From Leucoraja erinacea (lineage: Eukaryota), in assembly GCF_028641065.1 (NCBI RefSeq), contig NC_073415.1, forward strand, positions 11,470,001-11,534,000: a stretch of DNA of 64,000 bases, given 5' to 3'. Both the position numbers and the translations under genes were made by a program. The notes beneath the pieces are model-generated. The model saw only the letters and a list, made by a program, of their open reading frames with translations. It did not search any database and was not told where the DNA came from. Each line of letters opens with the position of its first letter. The stretch's first letter is position 1. Positions 48,201-61,600 of this stretch are shown here, in pieces.

Positions 48201-51200
48201 TGTCCTATCTGCCTGCATCACCACGTCCTGGCAATCACACTGAACAAAATCCATGTTCTTCCATTCGTTGCATATCCACATGCTTATCCAAACGTCTAAC
48301 ATGGATATATACCATAAATAATTTTAAAACATTACAATTTGATAAGGTTAATATACACTGAATTATACCTGTAAAACATACTGAACAAAACAAGAATTTA
48401 GTTCAAAAATACCTATTGTTGCACTGTTGCCGAAAGTGACCAGAAGCAAAATTGAACTGCAGTGTATCCAGGTATTACATACCCCAGTGATGATGGTCGT
48501 GCCTAGGTTCTGAACATTTTGGATGATGCTGCTGTCAACCTGGATGTTTGCGTGCTGAATAAGTTTGGTGAGGTTCTCCTCTGTGATCCCTGAAACAACC
48601 AAAGGCCACAAGGTTCAAATACAGAAATGATAACGGAGTCATGAGAGACAAGACTGCGCAGATGCTGGAATATTGAGTTAAAATAACGTTCTGGGGGGAA
48701 CTTAACGGGTCGGGCAGCATCTGTGGAGGGAAACAGATGGAATGTTTCGGGTTGGGGCAGATGGAGTTGAGACGGGATAGGTGGTAGAAAGAATGGCTCT
48801 TTCTAGATACTATCCCCTCTCTCTGCTCCACCAGAGTGAAGATGGGACCCCACCCACAACATTCTGTCTGTTGCCCTTCACAGATGCTGCTTAACTCTCT
48901 GCGTTAGGCCTGAAAATGTGACAACCAGGTTCAAGAACAGCTTCTTCTCGACAACCATCACATTCTTAAACACTACACAACATTAACCATAACCTTATCT
49001 CAACGTCTAGGACCGACTCTGGACTTTGTTTTGGTTGCACCACACGTTGGTTTGGCACAATTATGGCTACCTACTATTATCACTTATTAATATATTGCAT
49101 TATGGATAATTGTATATTTATTTGTCTGCTATTTTGTTCATGGGTCGTGAAGCTGTGGCAAGTATGAATTTCATTGTTCTGCTGCCGGTACAAATGACAA
49201 TTGAACACACTCTTGACGTGTAGGAAGGAACTGTAGATGCTGGTTCATACCAGAGATAGACACAAAAATGCTGAATCACTCAGCGGGTCAGACAGCATCC
49301 TTGGAGAAAAGGAATAGGTGACGTTATGGGTCAGGATCCTTCTTCAGACTGAATAGTGTGTCTTGTCAACTGGGTGTGATAGATCCCATGGTATTATTCC
49401 AAAGAGCAGCAGAAATGGTTACCCCCCCCCCCCCCCCCGATAGCTCTGATCAGCATTGCTATCAAGAGACACCCTTCTCTTTGAGAACTTCCTGTGTGAA
49501 TTTAGATGTTGTATTTCCTACATAATGTGCAATAACTGCATTTCAAAACTGCTTCAGTGGTTGCAAAGTATGTTGGGACATCTAAAAGTAAAAGTTACCA
49601 GATCAATGGAAGCTTACACTTAAGATATTTACAAGCAATTACATTTAGAACTTTCTCCTCCTTAGTTTGAAATGCGAAACTGAAAGGCCAAGAAGGTGAT
49701 GTGAACCCTGGCCAACATCGACAAACTTGGCAGAGGCTGAAATTAGCAGCTTAGTATTACTACAATTCACTGTTTACACCATCTTTAACAGACTGAGGGA
49801 TCAGATTCCAGAAAATCTATCACATCAAGTTGCATCAGTAGCCGAGTATTCTTTACTGGAATAAACTCCCATAATGATGATACATTGATGTGCCACTTAA
49901 GAGATGGTCATGCTTTCCTTTCTGGCCACCAAGCTGTAGCAACAAGAGCTCTCATGCTGGCTCTGCTGAGTACAGCCTCACCTAATCTGCCTTGTAAAAA
50001 CATCTGTAATTCTCAATGGATGAACTGAATAGTACTTTAATGAAAAAATACCACACCTGATTTGAGGAAGATATACAACAGGATGATTCTAATCTTGTCA
50101 TAGGATTTGATACTTGTATCCAGTAAAATCGGCACGATTATTTTCATTGGATCTTTGATCTTTTCTCCCTCCGAGTCAGTTCCCATAGCAAGGTCCTACA
50201 TGTGGGGCAGAGATGTATTTATTAATCTGTTCCATGAAGAAAACTTCATTTTACGCAGCAGTTTATGATAGATCACTAATCACGGGCAGCACAGCCTCAC
50301 AGCGCCAGAGACCCACCCNNNNNNNNNNNNNNNNNNNNNNNNNNNNNNNNNNNNNNNNNNNNNNNNNNNNNNNNNNNNNNNNNNNNNNNNNNNNNNNNNN
50401 NNNNNNNNNNNNNNNNNNNNNNNNNNNNNNNNNNNNNNNNNNNNNNNNNNNNNNNNNNNNNNNNNNNNNNNNNNNNNNNNNNNNNNNNNNNNNNNNNNNN
50501 NNNNNNNNNNNNNNNNNNNNNNNNNNNNNNNNNNNNNNNNNNNNNNNNNNNNNGTTTTCTCCCTGTGTGACCATGTGGGTTTCCTCCCTCATCCCAAAGA
50601 CATGTGGGTTTGTAGGCTAATTGGCCCTCTGTAAATTGTCTCTAGTGTGTAGGGAGTGGATGAGAAAGTGGGATAACATAGAACTAGTGTGAATGGGTGA
50701 TCGATAGGCTCATATCAAAATGAGCAGTTTATTATTCATGTCACAAAAAATGGCCAATGCCCTCTGACCATTACTAACAACTACATTAGCACGTGCTCCC
50801 AGTGATCTGACCTGCTCCACTTTGCACATCTTCTCAACTGTGCCTTTGAAATGCTTCATACAGTCTTCAACCAAATGCAAGTGTGTTGAGTACTGGAAGG
50901 AAAAAAAAAGTATTATTACAAGAACCATGGCAATATCAAATAATTAAAGAGGCCTTTGCAAGAAGTTCCTATGCACACTTTTATAAGACCTTCCCCACCC
51001 CTCAATCTTGTAACCATGCCCCATAATTTGATATTCTTCCAATAGTGGGAGCATCTAAACAGCTTCCACCAAGTCCCACAAGAATCTTGTATGTTGAATA
51101 AGATCACCCTTCTCAAATCCAAAGATTCAGATCTAAATTTCCTCAGGAACTAGCGGTATAACAATTCTTCTCACTACGTAAGCCCAGTGGACCTCCTTTA

Positions 51201-53669
51201 GACCGCCTCTAATGACAGCACTGGATATCCTTTCTTAAATAAGATAACCAAAACTCTGCACTGTACATCAGATATATCCTATAATTATAAAAGGGTTAAT
51301 GTTCCATTCAGTATTTCACTGTGGGAACAGATTGCTAGAGCTTGCATTGTAAACAGGTCTGCTCATTTATTCTTGCATCCGACTGACAGATGGGAAACAT
51401 AGCACGTACTTTACTGAGCTCCTTTTGATATTGTGGCATTTTCTTCAGCATTTGAGAAAGATCCCGCAGATTTGCCTGAAAGAAAAATCAGTGATTTTGT
51501 CATTGGTTTCACTTCAACATCAACTGCTCAAAGTATGAAACTAGTACGTGTGTGCCTGAAGTTATCCTGGGCACATCCAAATTTAATATTCATTTATACT
51601 GTCCACATCCAATGAAGAGACTTTAACACTTGTGAAACAGCGTCTTGGGTCCTCAATGACCTCAAGGACCATTAGATCTTTTTTAAATTGGAACCATTAA
51701 TTGAAGTTTTGGATAGAGATGCGATGCAATGAAGGAGTGGGGTTTAAATTTAATATTAGCCTACTTTAACTCCCAAAAATCTGCTTGTAGTACATTAATT
51801 TTTCACATTTAATTTCCGTGGTAAACAAATCCTGTTGATCTCTACAAGATGTCAACATTCTTAACCTCCAATCACTGATAATGATAATTAGCATCGCAAC
51901 CACACATCAATAAGGAGCAACTAATCAAACATAGAACATAAGAGAACACGCCCTTGAGTACCTTTGGCCAAGCTAAATTAATCTCATTGCCTGCACGGAA
52001 TCCATAGACCCCCATTCCCTACATATCCACGTGCCCACCTAAAAGCTCCTTAGATACCTGCCTCCACCACCATCCCTGGCAGTGTGTTCCAGCCATCTAC
52101 ACCCTCTGTATAAAAAAAGTTACCCAGCACATCTCCTTTAAACTTTGCCCTTCTCACCTTCAAGTTATGCCCTGTAGTCTTTGACATTTCCACCCTGGGG
52201 AAAAAGGTTCTGACTCCTTATCCTATTTATGTCTCTCATCGTTTTATGTACTTTGATCAAGGTCTCCTCTCAGCCTAGGCATTCCAACAAAATAATCAGT
52301 CTCATGACAAGGTATAAAATTAGCTCTGCAACGAAGAGTCCAATCCCCTTCACTTATTTAACCTTCATTTGGAGCTACAAATTATACGTGCGGAATAAGC
52401 ATTCAAGAAACCTCTGCTCACCTTATCAGTGGTCATCCTTTTGCTTTCACAGAATGTCTTTAATAACTCTGTCACCTGCCTGTATGAAAGGGAGGAGAGT
52501 CAAGAGTATTTTATAACAAACAGTGATAGTGCAAAAACAAAACAAAATCCCCAAATCTATGTAGTTTGGAGGTTGTAGTGTTTAATGGCCTGGTGGGTGT
52601 AGGGAAGGAGCTGCTCCTGAACTTGGCTGTGACAGTTGTCAGGCTCCTGTACCGTCCCACACATGGCATGAGTGAAATGAGAGTGTGTCGAGGATGGTGT
52701 GGGTCTCTGACGATGCTGGCTGCCTTTTTGAGGCAGCGACTCCTGTAGACACCTTAGAAGATGGGGAGATTTCAAGAGAGTGAGATTAGCTCTTAGGGCT
52801 AACAGAATCAAGGGATATGTGGAAAAGGCAGGAACGGGGTACTGATTTTGGATAATCAGCCATGATCATATTGAATGGCGGTGCTGGCTCAAAGGGCCGA
52901 ATGGCCTACTCATGCGCCTATTTTCTATGAGATCAGTACCCATGATGAACACTTTTGTCTTGGAGTTGAAACTCTCTGATTCACAGCAAATCTAGAACGT
53001 AGTAGCAATACTGCGTTACAAGTATTCTGTAGCCATTTACCAAGCAGTTATCACACAATGGAATTGGAGTATAATTTGTCTGTTATATCAAGTCACCCGA
53101 GCCCTCCATGTGGAAGGTGCAAAGGAGACTTGTTTTTTAATGTGTGTGCATGTGGAATCAATGAATTATAATTTTAAATTCCTTTACTATTCTCCATGGT
53201 GCAAACAACACTAAGTGGATGAGAACAGGAAGGTTGGATAAAATAAAGTTGTCGTTCAACATTTGTAGATGGCAATTAATATTTTTATTCTAGAAGTGAG
53301 GTAATTGCATGTGTGTTTATATTTTACTAGTTTTCTGAGAATTTTCTGAGTTTTCAGAGCAAAGATGATGGTACTTCAGTGTGGAAATGTTGACAGATAT
53401 TAGGACTACATGGAAAACAGTAACTGTGCTAAATGAAGCAGAATGTACAACATTTTTCCGAACCGTTAGTGAATTGTTCACTCCAGCACCACAGGCATCC
53501 TTCACTATTTCACAACAAATAAAGTGCTTTTGAAGTTTAGCTACAATTCAAGTGCACATACTTGGAGACGTCAGCAATGTGCAAGTGGCGCAGCTTCATC
53601 CACAGCTCGTCGTCCTCATCGAGAAGAGTTTCTTTCACACGTGACTCTGCCACTCCTGTAGTATCATAC
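45198..53669 (-). CDS. STXBP2: Syntaxin-binding protein 2 (Munc18-2), span of the last ten coding exons; 5' exons not in the window
   Basis: Ten exons join in frame to a stop. STXBP2-type signatures [21 protein letters not shown] and ARFGHWHK; syntenic with XAB2/PCP2. Confidence 0.95.
46454..46611 (-). CDS. STXBP2: STXBP2 exon ~18
   Basis: [10 protein letters not shown]...[24 protein letters not shown]...WEVLI. Confidence 0.95.
47116..47380 (-). mobile_element. HE1-type SINE
   Basis: Reverse copy. Confidence 0.75.
47465..47550 (-). CDS. STXBP2: STXBP2 exon ~17
   Basis: [28 protein letters not shown]. Confidence 0.94.
47919..48017 (-). CDS. STXBP2: STXBP2 exon ~16
   Basis: [33 protein letters not shown]. 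Confidence 0.93.
48483..48589 (-). CDS. STXBP2: STXBP2 exon ~15
   Basis: [35 protein letters not shown]. Confidence 0.94.
50057..50195 (-). CDS. STXBP2: STXBP2 exon ~14
   Basis: [26 protein letters not shown]...[15 protein letters not shown]. Confidence 0.95.
50812..50892 (-). CDS. STXBP2: STXBP2 exon ~13
   Basis: [27 protein letters not shown]. Confidence 0.95.
51410..51475 (-). CDS. STXBP2: STXBP2 exon ~12
   Basis: [22 protein letters not shown]. Confidence 0.94.
52422..52479 (-). CDS. STXBP2: STXBP2 exon ~11
   Basis: [19 protein letters not shown]. Confidence 0.93.
53562..53669 (-). CDS. STXBP2: STXBP2 exon ~10
   Basis: [35 protein letters not shown]. Confidence 0.95.
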
Positions 53670-53779
53670 CTGAGGAACAAAGCAGTAAAGTGTTCAAGCA
53701 TGTACCCAGCTTACTACAAAGACAGAAAGTTGCTGAGATTGCAATTTAGTCCCGACAAAATATCTCTAGATTCGACACA

Positions 53780-54084
53780 GTGGGGCAGTGGTCGAGTTGT
53801 TACCTCACAGCGGCAGAGACCCAGGTTCGATCCTGACTATGGGCGCTGTCTGTATGAAGTTTGTACGTTCTACTTGTGACTAAATGGGTTTTCTCCAGGT
53901 GTTCCGGATTCCTTCCACTTTCCAAAGAGGTGCCTACTTGTAGGTTAATTGGCTTCTGTAAAATTCCCCTAGTGTCTTGAATGGAAAACTGGGATAACAT
54001 TGAACTGGTGTATGGGTGATAATTGGTCAGGTTGGACATGGTGGGATGAAGGGACTGTTTCCTTGCTGTATCTCTAAACTAAAG
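53780..54084 (+). mobile_element. HE1-type SINE
   Basis: Head-core-tail arrangement as in the other copies. Confidence 0.75.
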
Positions 54085-54170
54085 TTTCCATTCTCCCCTC
54101 TTGAATCACGAGGAACTGAGAAATGGAATATTAAAATCAACTAAAGGCAGAAAAACTCAGAATGAAGCGC

Positions 54171-54270
54171 NNNNNNNNNNNNNNNNNNNNNNNNNNNNNN
54201 NNNNNNNNNNNNNNNNNNNNNNNNNNNNNNNNNNNNNNNNNNNNNNNNNNNNNNNNNNNNNNNNNNNNNN
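54171..54270. other. Assembly gap of exactly 100 N (scaffold join); other gaps at 22032-22180 and 50319-50553
   Basis: N run. Confidence 0.99.
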
Positions 54271-55641
54271 ACCGAAGATAGAAACAAAATACTAAAGTAA
54301 CTCAGCTGGACAGGCAGCATCTCTAGAGAGAAGGAATAGGTGGCATTTGGGGTCAAGACCCTTCTTCAGACTGCTTACCACAGATGAGCACCAGGCCATA
54401 ATCTCAGCAATCTGAAGGGACTATCTCAGCTGGAGGTAAAGATGCAGTGAATCATTTGATCAGCTGGGAAGATTGTTGGCTGCAACCTTCCATCTCCCCC
54501 CCCATTGACTGTACACTGCAAGGGCCAGGAAGGGAGCAGGTATGATCATTTCTGACCCCTCTCACCCTGGCCACAAACTCTTTGAATCACTTCCCTCTGG
54601 AAGGCGACTCCGGACTGTCAAAGCTTCCACAGTAAGACATAAAAACAGATATTTTCCACGAGTAGTAGCTCTACTCAATAACCAAAAGACTGTAGCCTCC
54701 TTTTGTTCAGGTATTTTATTTCATTCACATGTTTAAACTATAATGTTTTATTCTTAATGTTTTAATATTTTATGTTTTATTCTTAATGGTTTACTGTATG
54801 TCGTGTTGTTACTTGCGAGCGGGGGTGGGAGATTGCAACCTTCACGTGGTCCACCCTGTTTCAACTAATGCAATCAACTCGACGTGCACAAACGGAAGGT
54901 CAAATAGAACAAGTTGTCCTACAACTTTAGGCTGTGCACGCCACATGAAAGAAGACTTGCGAGCGGAGCACCAAGGCAAATTCCTTGTATGTGTACATAC
55001 TTGGCCAATAAACTTATTCATTCATGTGCAAGGAGCCAGCAGGTCTTTAGAACTGAAGTATAGCTGTTAATAAAACAATCTATTCAACATCAGAAACTGA
55101 GCCCAAATTAATTCATCAGATGAAAAATGTGCAATAAATCAAGTATTTTAACATTTAACTGTATTTATTAATATTTAATATCAACACATTTATTAATATG
55201 TTTGTACCATTTTAAATGGAAAGGTCTAAGCGATGCATTTTGTTTTACAGCAAATTCAGATATGCTGGTTCTAAGAGCATTGAGGCAATTCTCAAGGAGT
55301 CTTGGACGCGGTGGGGAGGTGATATTTCACATTGAGGATCGGGCTACAAAACCCAATGTCCAACTCACTTATCTGAGTCACAGAACCACAAGAGAAAGCA
55401 GAAAGGTTAGTCTCCAATGAAGACTCGATCGCAAAGGTTAATATGTAAAAGCAGCCACAAAATGTTAGGGTAAATCAGCGGGTGAGGCAGCATCTCTGGA
55501 GAGAAGGAATAGGTGACATTTTGGGCTGAGATCCTTCTTCAGACTGTAAAAGCAGCGATGGTCTCTCTGACTGTTTGACAGTGAGTCAGATCTGGATATT
55601 CTTCAGGCCCAACAGGAACCTGATCCTGTCCTGGTTCGTCC

Positions 55642-58600
55642 CTATTCATTCTCAGTCTCTATAACAAAAATAATTAAATAATTGCTTCAGAAGTTAGACG
55701 GTACATGAATAGGAACGGAGTGTATTTGGCCCAGGACAGCACAAGCTAGGTTTCGCACTGTCGAAGTAGGGGGAATCGAGGACCTGAGGTCACAGGTTCA
55801 AGGTGAAGGGGAAAAGATTTCATAGGAATCTGGGGTAATATATTTTGGTGGGTGTATGGAATGAGTTGCCAGAGGAGGTAGTTGAGGCAGGGACTATCCC
55901 AATGTTTAAGAAACAGTTGGACAGGTACATGGATAGGACAGGTTTGGAGGGAGATGGATCAAACGTGGGCAGGTGGGATTAGTGTAGATGGGACATGTGG
56001 GCTGGTGTGGGTAAGTTGGGCTGAAGGGCCTGTTTCCACCTTGTATGACTCAATGGCTCTGTGATAAGTAAAACTCAATATTATATTGAGTCAATATAAT
56101 ATTTAATAAAAGGAAAAGTGTTGGAGAAAGTAGCCAAGTCATGCAGCAGCTGTGAATGGAGCCGCACCTTGGCATCATGAGCTGCTGCTGTTTTTGTCAA
56201 TAGGAGTCCAAATGTGGCCAAGGTGAATAGTTCAGAGGGATCATTCATCCAAGCTGAGGGAAGAGGAGTGGATATTTCTAAGGCAGTGATGGATAGATTC
56301 TGGATTAGTACGGGGTTCAGGAGTTATGGGGAGAAGGCCGAAGAATGGGGTTATGAGGCATAGATCAGCCATGATTAGACTTGATGGGCCGAATGGCCTA
56401 ATTCTGCTCCTTATGAGTGAGGTAGCACGGAGAGCTGCTCACCTTCGTCCGTGGACGGGAGGCAGCAGGTGGACAGCTGCAGACCGGGTAAGTTGTCACA
56501 GGTCACTCGCTGATCGTCCAGCCGCTGCCCTTGCTTGTCGGCCAGCATGTCCAGGAGTTCATTGATGGGCCGGTCGGAGCTGCTATCTGCTTCAGAGAAG
56601 GTGAAGAGCGGATTTAATCACACGATCAATGCCAATAACAACGGAGTCATATGAACATCAGCAGGCAAGCCAAGATAGAATGGCGGAGTGGACATGATGG
56701 GCCAAACGGCCTAATTCTGCTCCAATACCTTATGGTACAAATTAGAAAAAGGAACAGATTGCTCTGACCCTTGAGAAAACTCAAGAACACTTCCTCTTGA
56801 AACGAGTAATTTGCAAGTAATCTTTCTCTGTAAGTCTACCTCTCCGCACCTTGGCATCATGAGCTGCTGCTGTTTTTGTCAATAGGAGACTAAATGTAGC
56901 CAAGGCGCATATTCCGACACACTCCGTAAGACCCAGACTTTGGAAACGCTGGCAAATTTGGCAATTTGAAAAATAACTGTGTTTAGTACGTGTGACATTG
57001 TGAGGGAAGGAACTGCAGATGCTGGTTTACACCGAAGATAGGCACAGCATGCTTGAGTAACTCGGTGGGACAGGCAGCATCTCGGGAGAGAAGGAATGGG
57101 TGACGTTTCAGGGTCGAGACCCTTCTTCAGACATTGGAATGCAAAGTGCTGGAAGAACTCAGCGGGTCAGTCAGCATCTGTGGAGGGAGTGGACAGACAA
57201 GGGTTTGGGTCAGGACCCTTCGTCAAGACTGGATCTGAAATTTTGCCTACCCATTCCGTCTGCAGATGCTGCCTGACCTCCCGAGTTCTTCTGGCACTTT
57301 GTGCTTTGCTCAGGGTGGAATGGAATGGAATATTATCACAAGTGGCAAGGCTGAGTGAGATTCTTTGCTTGTATACGCGATGTATACAAATAGCAGCCAA
57401 CTAGGATGGAGACCAAGTTACAAAGCACGCTGGCTCTGATGAAGCCGAGTTTTAGTTAAAAATATAAGAAGATATTAAATTGGTTTCTGGGCTAGCTTAC
57501 AGCTTATATTTAGTGTCAAATTAGGCTTGCCTTAGGGTGGGTGTGTGTGAGATAATAAATCCTATAACATTGTCTCCCAAGTGACAGGCAGAGAGAAGGA
57601 GCTAGAGAAATCTTTGAAGTGAGATGCCATAAACCAAATGACCAATGTTTATGGGGAGGAGGCAATAAAGGAAGAGAGAAATAGCCAGTCACATCTTTGT
57701 AAACAAATGACCTATGTTTATGAGGGACCAAGTGACAAAGAAGATATACAATGTTTTTAGTATATCTTGTACCATGTAAACAAAAGCTTTGATGTGATGC
57801 AATCTGTGGAAACCTTTTCCTGTACCTCTGACATGATTAATGTCTGTGGAAGGTGTTAAGGGAACAAAAAACCCTATTTAAGGCAATGTAATTCTGTTGT
57901 TCAGAGAAGGTGGCTGAGGACAGTCAAGTGTCTGTGTTGGTCACTTGACTGGAGTTCTCCCTCCCTTCCATCGGCCGATGTTAAGTAAAGTTTTGAACTG
58001 GTCTACCAAACAGTTTGTGTGGTGTCTGTTTATTAAGAAGCGAACCTGGTTTAGTAGTTAAGATAAGTAGCTTTTTCAGCTCTACATTTTGTTCCCCCCC
58101 CCACCCCCAGCGGTTCCCCCACAGCAGGTCCCCATTGTCCATTGTCCTCACACCCCCCCCCCCCCCCACCCACATGCCTTTGTTCCGTGTGTCTCCATGT
58201 TACTGCATCTTGCTGAGAGTGTCCTGCCCGCCCTGTATCTACAATACCTCCGCCCTACTCACCACAGGCCTCAATCAGTGTGGATCTATGGGAGGGTGTC
58301 CCGCTCTCCTGGAGGTTACACCTCTGGTCATCCATGCGGTTCCTCTGGACGTGACTCAGCATGTTGAAGAATCCTTCATTTTCTGTTTCATTTTCCTGGG
58401 GTGGGGAGAACAGAAGCCAAAGATTCATCGCTTGGATCTGGGACTGACAATTGTCTTATATCCCAGATAGAACAATGAAATTCTTACTTAAGAGTCATAG
58501 AGTGATATACAAGGTGGAGACAGGCCCTTTGGCCCAACGTGTCCCAGCTACATTTATCCCACCTTTCTGAGTTTGGCTTGTATACCTCCAAACCTGTCCT

Positions 58601-61600
58601 ATCCATGTACCTGTTGAATATGTATAATGTTTACACATTCTGTTGTGCTGCTGCAAGGAAGAATTTAAGAACTTAAGGATAAGGGGGAAATCCTTTAAAA
58701 CCGAGATGAGGAGAACCTTTTTCACACAGAGAGTGGTGAATCTCTGGAACTCTCTGCCATAGAAGGTAGTTGAGGCCACAGTTCATTGGCTATATTTAAG
58801 AGGGAGTTAGATGTGGCCCTTGTGGCTAAGGGGATCAGGGGGTATGGAGAGAAGGCAGGTACGGGATACTGAGTTGGATGATCAGCCATGATCATATTGA
58901 ATGGCGGTGCAGGCTCGAAGGGCTGAATGGCCTACTCCTGCACCTAATTTCTATGTTTCTATGTTTAATTGGTCTATCTGGGACATTTGACGATTAAACA
59001 CTCCTGAAAATAAAGGCACGAGAATCAACCCTTCTCACCTGCTCCCAGCACAAGTTCGACAGCCGCTCTGGACAACAAAGATATTCACAAAGTGTTGGAG
59101 TAATTCAGCGGGTCAGGTGGCAACTCTGGAGAAAAAGGATTGGTGACGTTTTGGGTGGGGACCCTCACTCAGACTCTCAAAAATCTTCGGACTGAAGAAG
59201 TATCCGGACCTGATGTCAGGGGCCTTTCAGATTCATAGTAACACATGATACATTTAAATATGAACACTGTTAGCATGACACACTAGAGTTCCACCCTCGG
59301 TACTCTGTCACCCCTGGCCTGCTCTGTCCGTCATTCTACCATGTTCTTTGCAACACATTCCAAGCATCACTTCTCTTAAAGGAGGACCCGGCCTGGGTGG
59401 GGGCCACCGGGATGAGGGGAGGGGGGTGTGTCAATGGTGATCCTGGAGCGGGATCATTTTAAACTGAGTCAGCGCCCATTATATGGTGATTATTTGCATA
59501 CATTGGGTATGCGAGCAAGGAATTTCACTGTGAATTGTCATAAAGTCATCATTCATTCCATCTTCTCCTCTTCGTCTAGTCTTTGGCCAATTCCCTTGCA
59601 TACAGTAGCAATTCTTCATCCTTGCCTCTTGAGACGTCGCCACTCCTCACTATCCACGTCACCCTGACCCCTCTGACATTGCGTGTCATTGAATTAACTC
59701 CGTGCCGGCTCGATCGGATTCCCTCCAGATGTTCTAACCCTTTACATAACAACGTGTCATTCTTCTTGAGCCCCTGAGGATTGTTCGTGATCAAGACTAA
59801 AAATACAAGCTGTCTTTTGTTGCTCTTCCTCTCCCATTCAGTTTTCTTGTACCATTTACTTTGCGATGCATTTTGAGAGAGTTGTGATTCAGGGACAGTT
59901 TCTTCTCAGCTGTTATAAGGAAACTGAATCATTCTACTGCAACTATCTAACTCATTGGTGGCCCTTGGACTATCCTTGATCAGACATTACCAGCTTTACC
60001 TTGCACTAAACACTATTCCCTTATCACATACACTGTAAATGGCTCGATTGTTATCCTGTATTGTCTTTCCACTGACTGGTTAACACACAATAGCTTTTCA
60101 CTGTACCTCGGTACACGTGACCATATAACCATATAACAATTACAGCACGGAAACAGGCCATCTCGGCCCTACAAGTCCGTGCCGAACAACTTTTTTTCCC
60201 CTTAGTCCCACCTGCCTGCACTCATACCATAACCCTCCATTCCCTTCTCATCCATATGCCTATCCAATTTATTTTTAAATGATACCAATGAACCTGCCTC
60301 CACCACTTCCACTGGAAGCTCATTCCACACCGCCACCACTCTCTGAGTAAAGAAAATGAGTGACAATAAACTAGCCTGATTATCAAGAGTTATGGATTTA
60401 CAAGCAGATACATACACCAGTCCATGCTAAACCCGACACTCCCTAATCCTATCCCAACCCATTTTGGTCTCCCCCCCCAATACACAGATACACTTCAATC
60501 AGTCTGAAGAGGGGCCCCAACATGGAACATCATCTGTCCATTCCCTCCATAAAAATGCTGCCTGACCCGCTGAGTTCCTCCAGCTCTTTTTGTTTTTTGC
60601 TCACTATTCTTCAGCTCCTCACATCATGAGCGATAATGTCTGGTCAGCCCGATGGAAGTGAAAGCGAGCTGGAAAGTGCGCAGGCAGAATTATTGAATGC
60701 AAAGGACACCAACAAAAATAAAACCTCAGGAAAAACTCAGCAGCTCAGCCTGCCTATGCGGTGAGAGAGGCAGACTGGTCGGATTCCTGCATGTTTACAG
60801 CTTTTCTTCATTCACATTTCCAGCTTCTGCAGTTTTTAAACTATGAAACATACAGAAGTAGGCTGAATGTAACAATTATTATCGGAATGTGATAGGCAGT
60901 GAATTTAACCGCAAAAGGTGGTGCAAAACAATATCTTCCACTAAACCACACAGAGCGATTACATTTTGTGAGCTGTTCTAATCTCGATTAAAACAAATCC
61001 TATATAATGAGGTCACTGTACAACCTAACATGGCAGAGAAACTGTTTCACATTCATACATTTACCAAATGCTTTGTGACCCCACAAAATACCTGCATCGA
61101 CTTAGTAGAGATATTACCACTCATTAGTGTCACTTTGACAATGAGGATCACAGATATTAATGAAAAACACACACAGGAAGGTGAGCATGTTGTGGGCAAG
61201 TCAACTCCATCACAGTGAGGAGATGTTGGGTGGCCTCACTGCGGTGGATGTTAATATGTGTTTATTGTTGTTTTTTATTGTATGTATGACTGCTTAAATT
61301 TCGTTCAGACTTCGGTCTGAATGACAAATAAAAGGCTATTCTATTCTAACTGGACTGGAGCTTACTTTAAGCATTTTAACCACTTGAGATTTTCCCCAAG
61401 TCTTTTACTGGAATGAGTCACAGCTTTGACTCAAGTGCAGGATCAACTTTGCAAACTCACAGTTGAGTTGCAAGTGAGGGGTAGTATTGGCAGCATCGAA
61501 TGGACAGGCAACGTTTCAGGTAGGGACCCTTCGTCAGACTGATGGGAGTGTGGGGGGGGGGGGAGCTGGAAAAGAGAAGTGGGGGCAGGACAAAGCCTGG

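Noticed and set aside
45198-53669. STXBP1 or STXBP3 identity for the Sec1/Munc18 gene
   Set aside because: Diagnostic residues (TFCESKR, WPFVSDP, RFGHWH) and XAB2/PCP2 synteny favour STXBP2.
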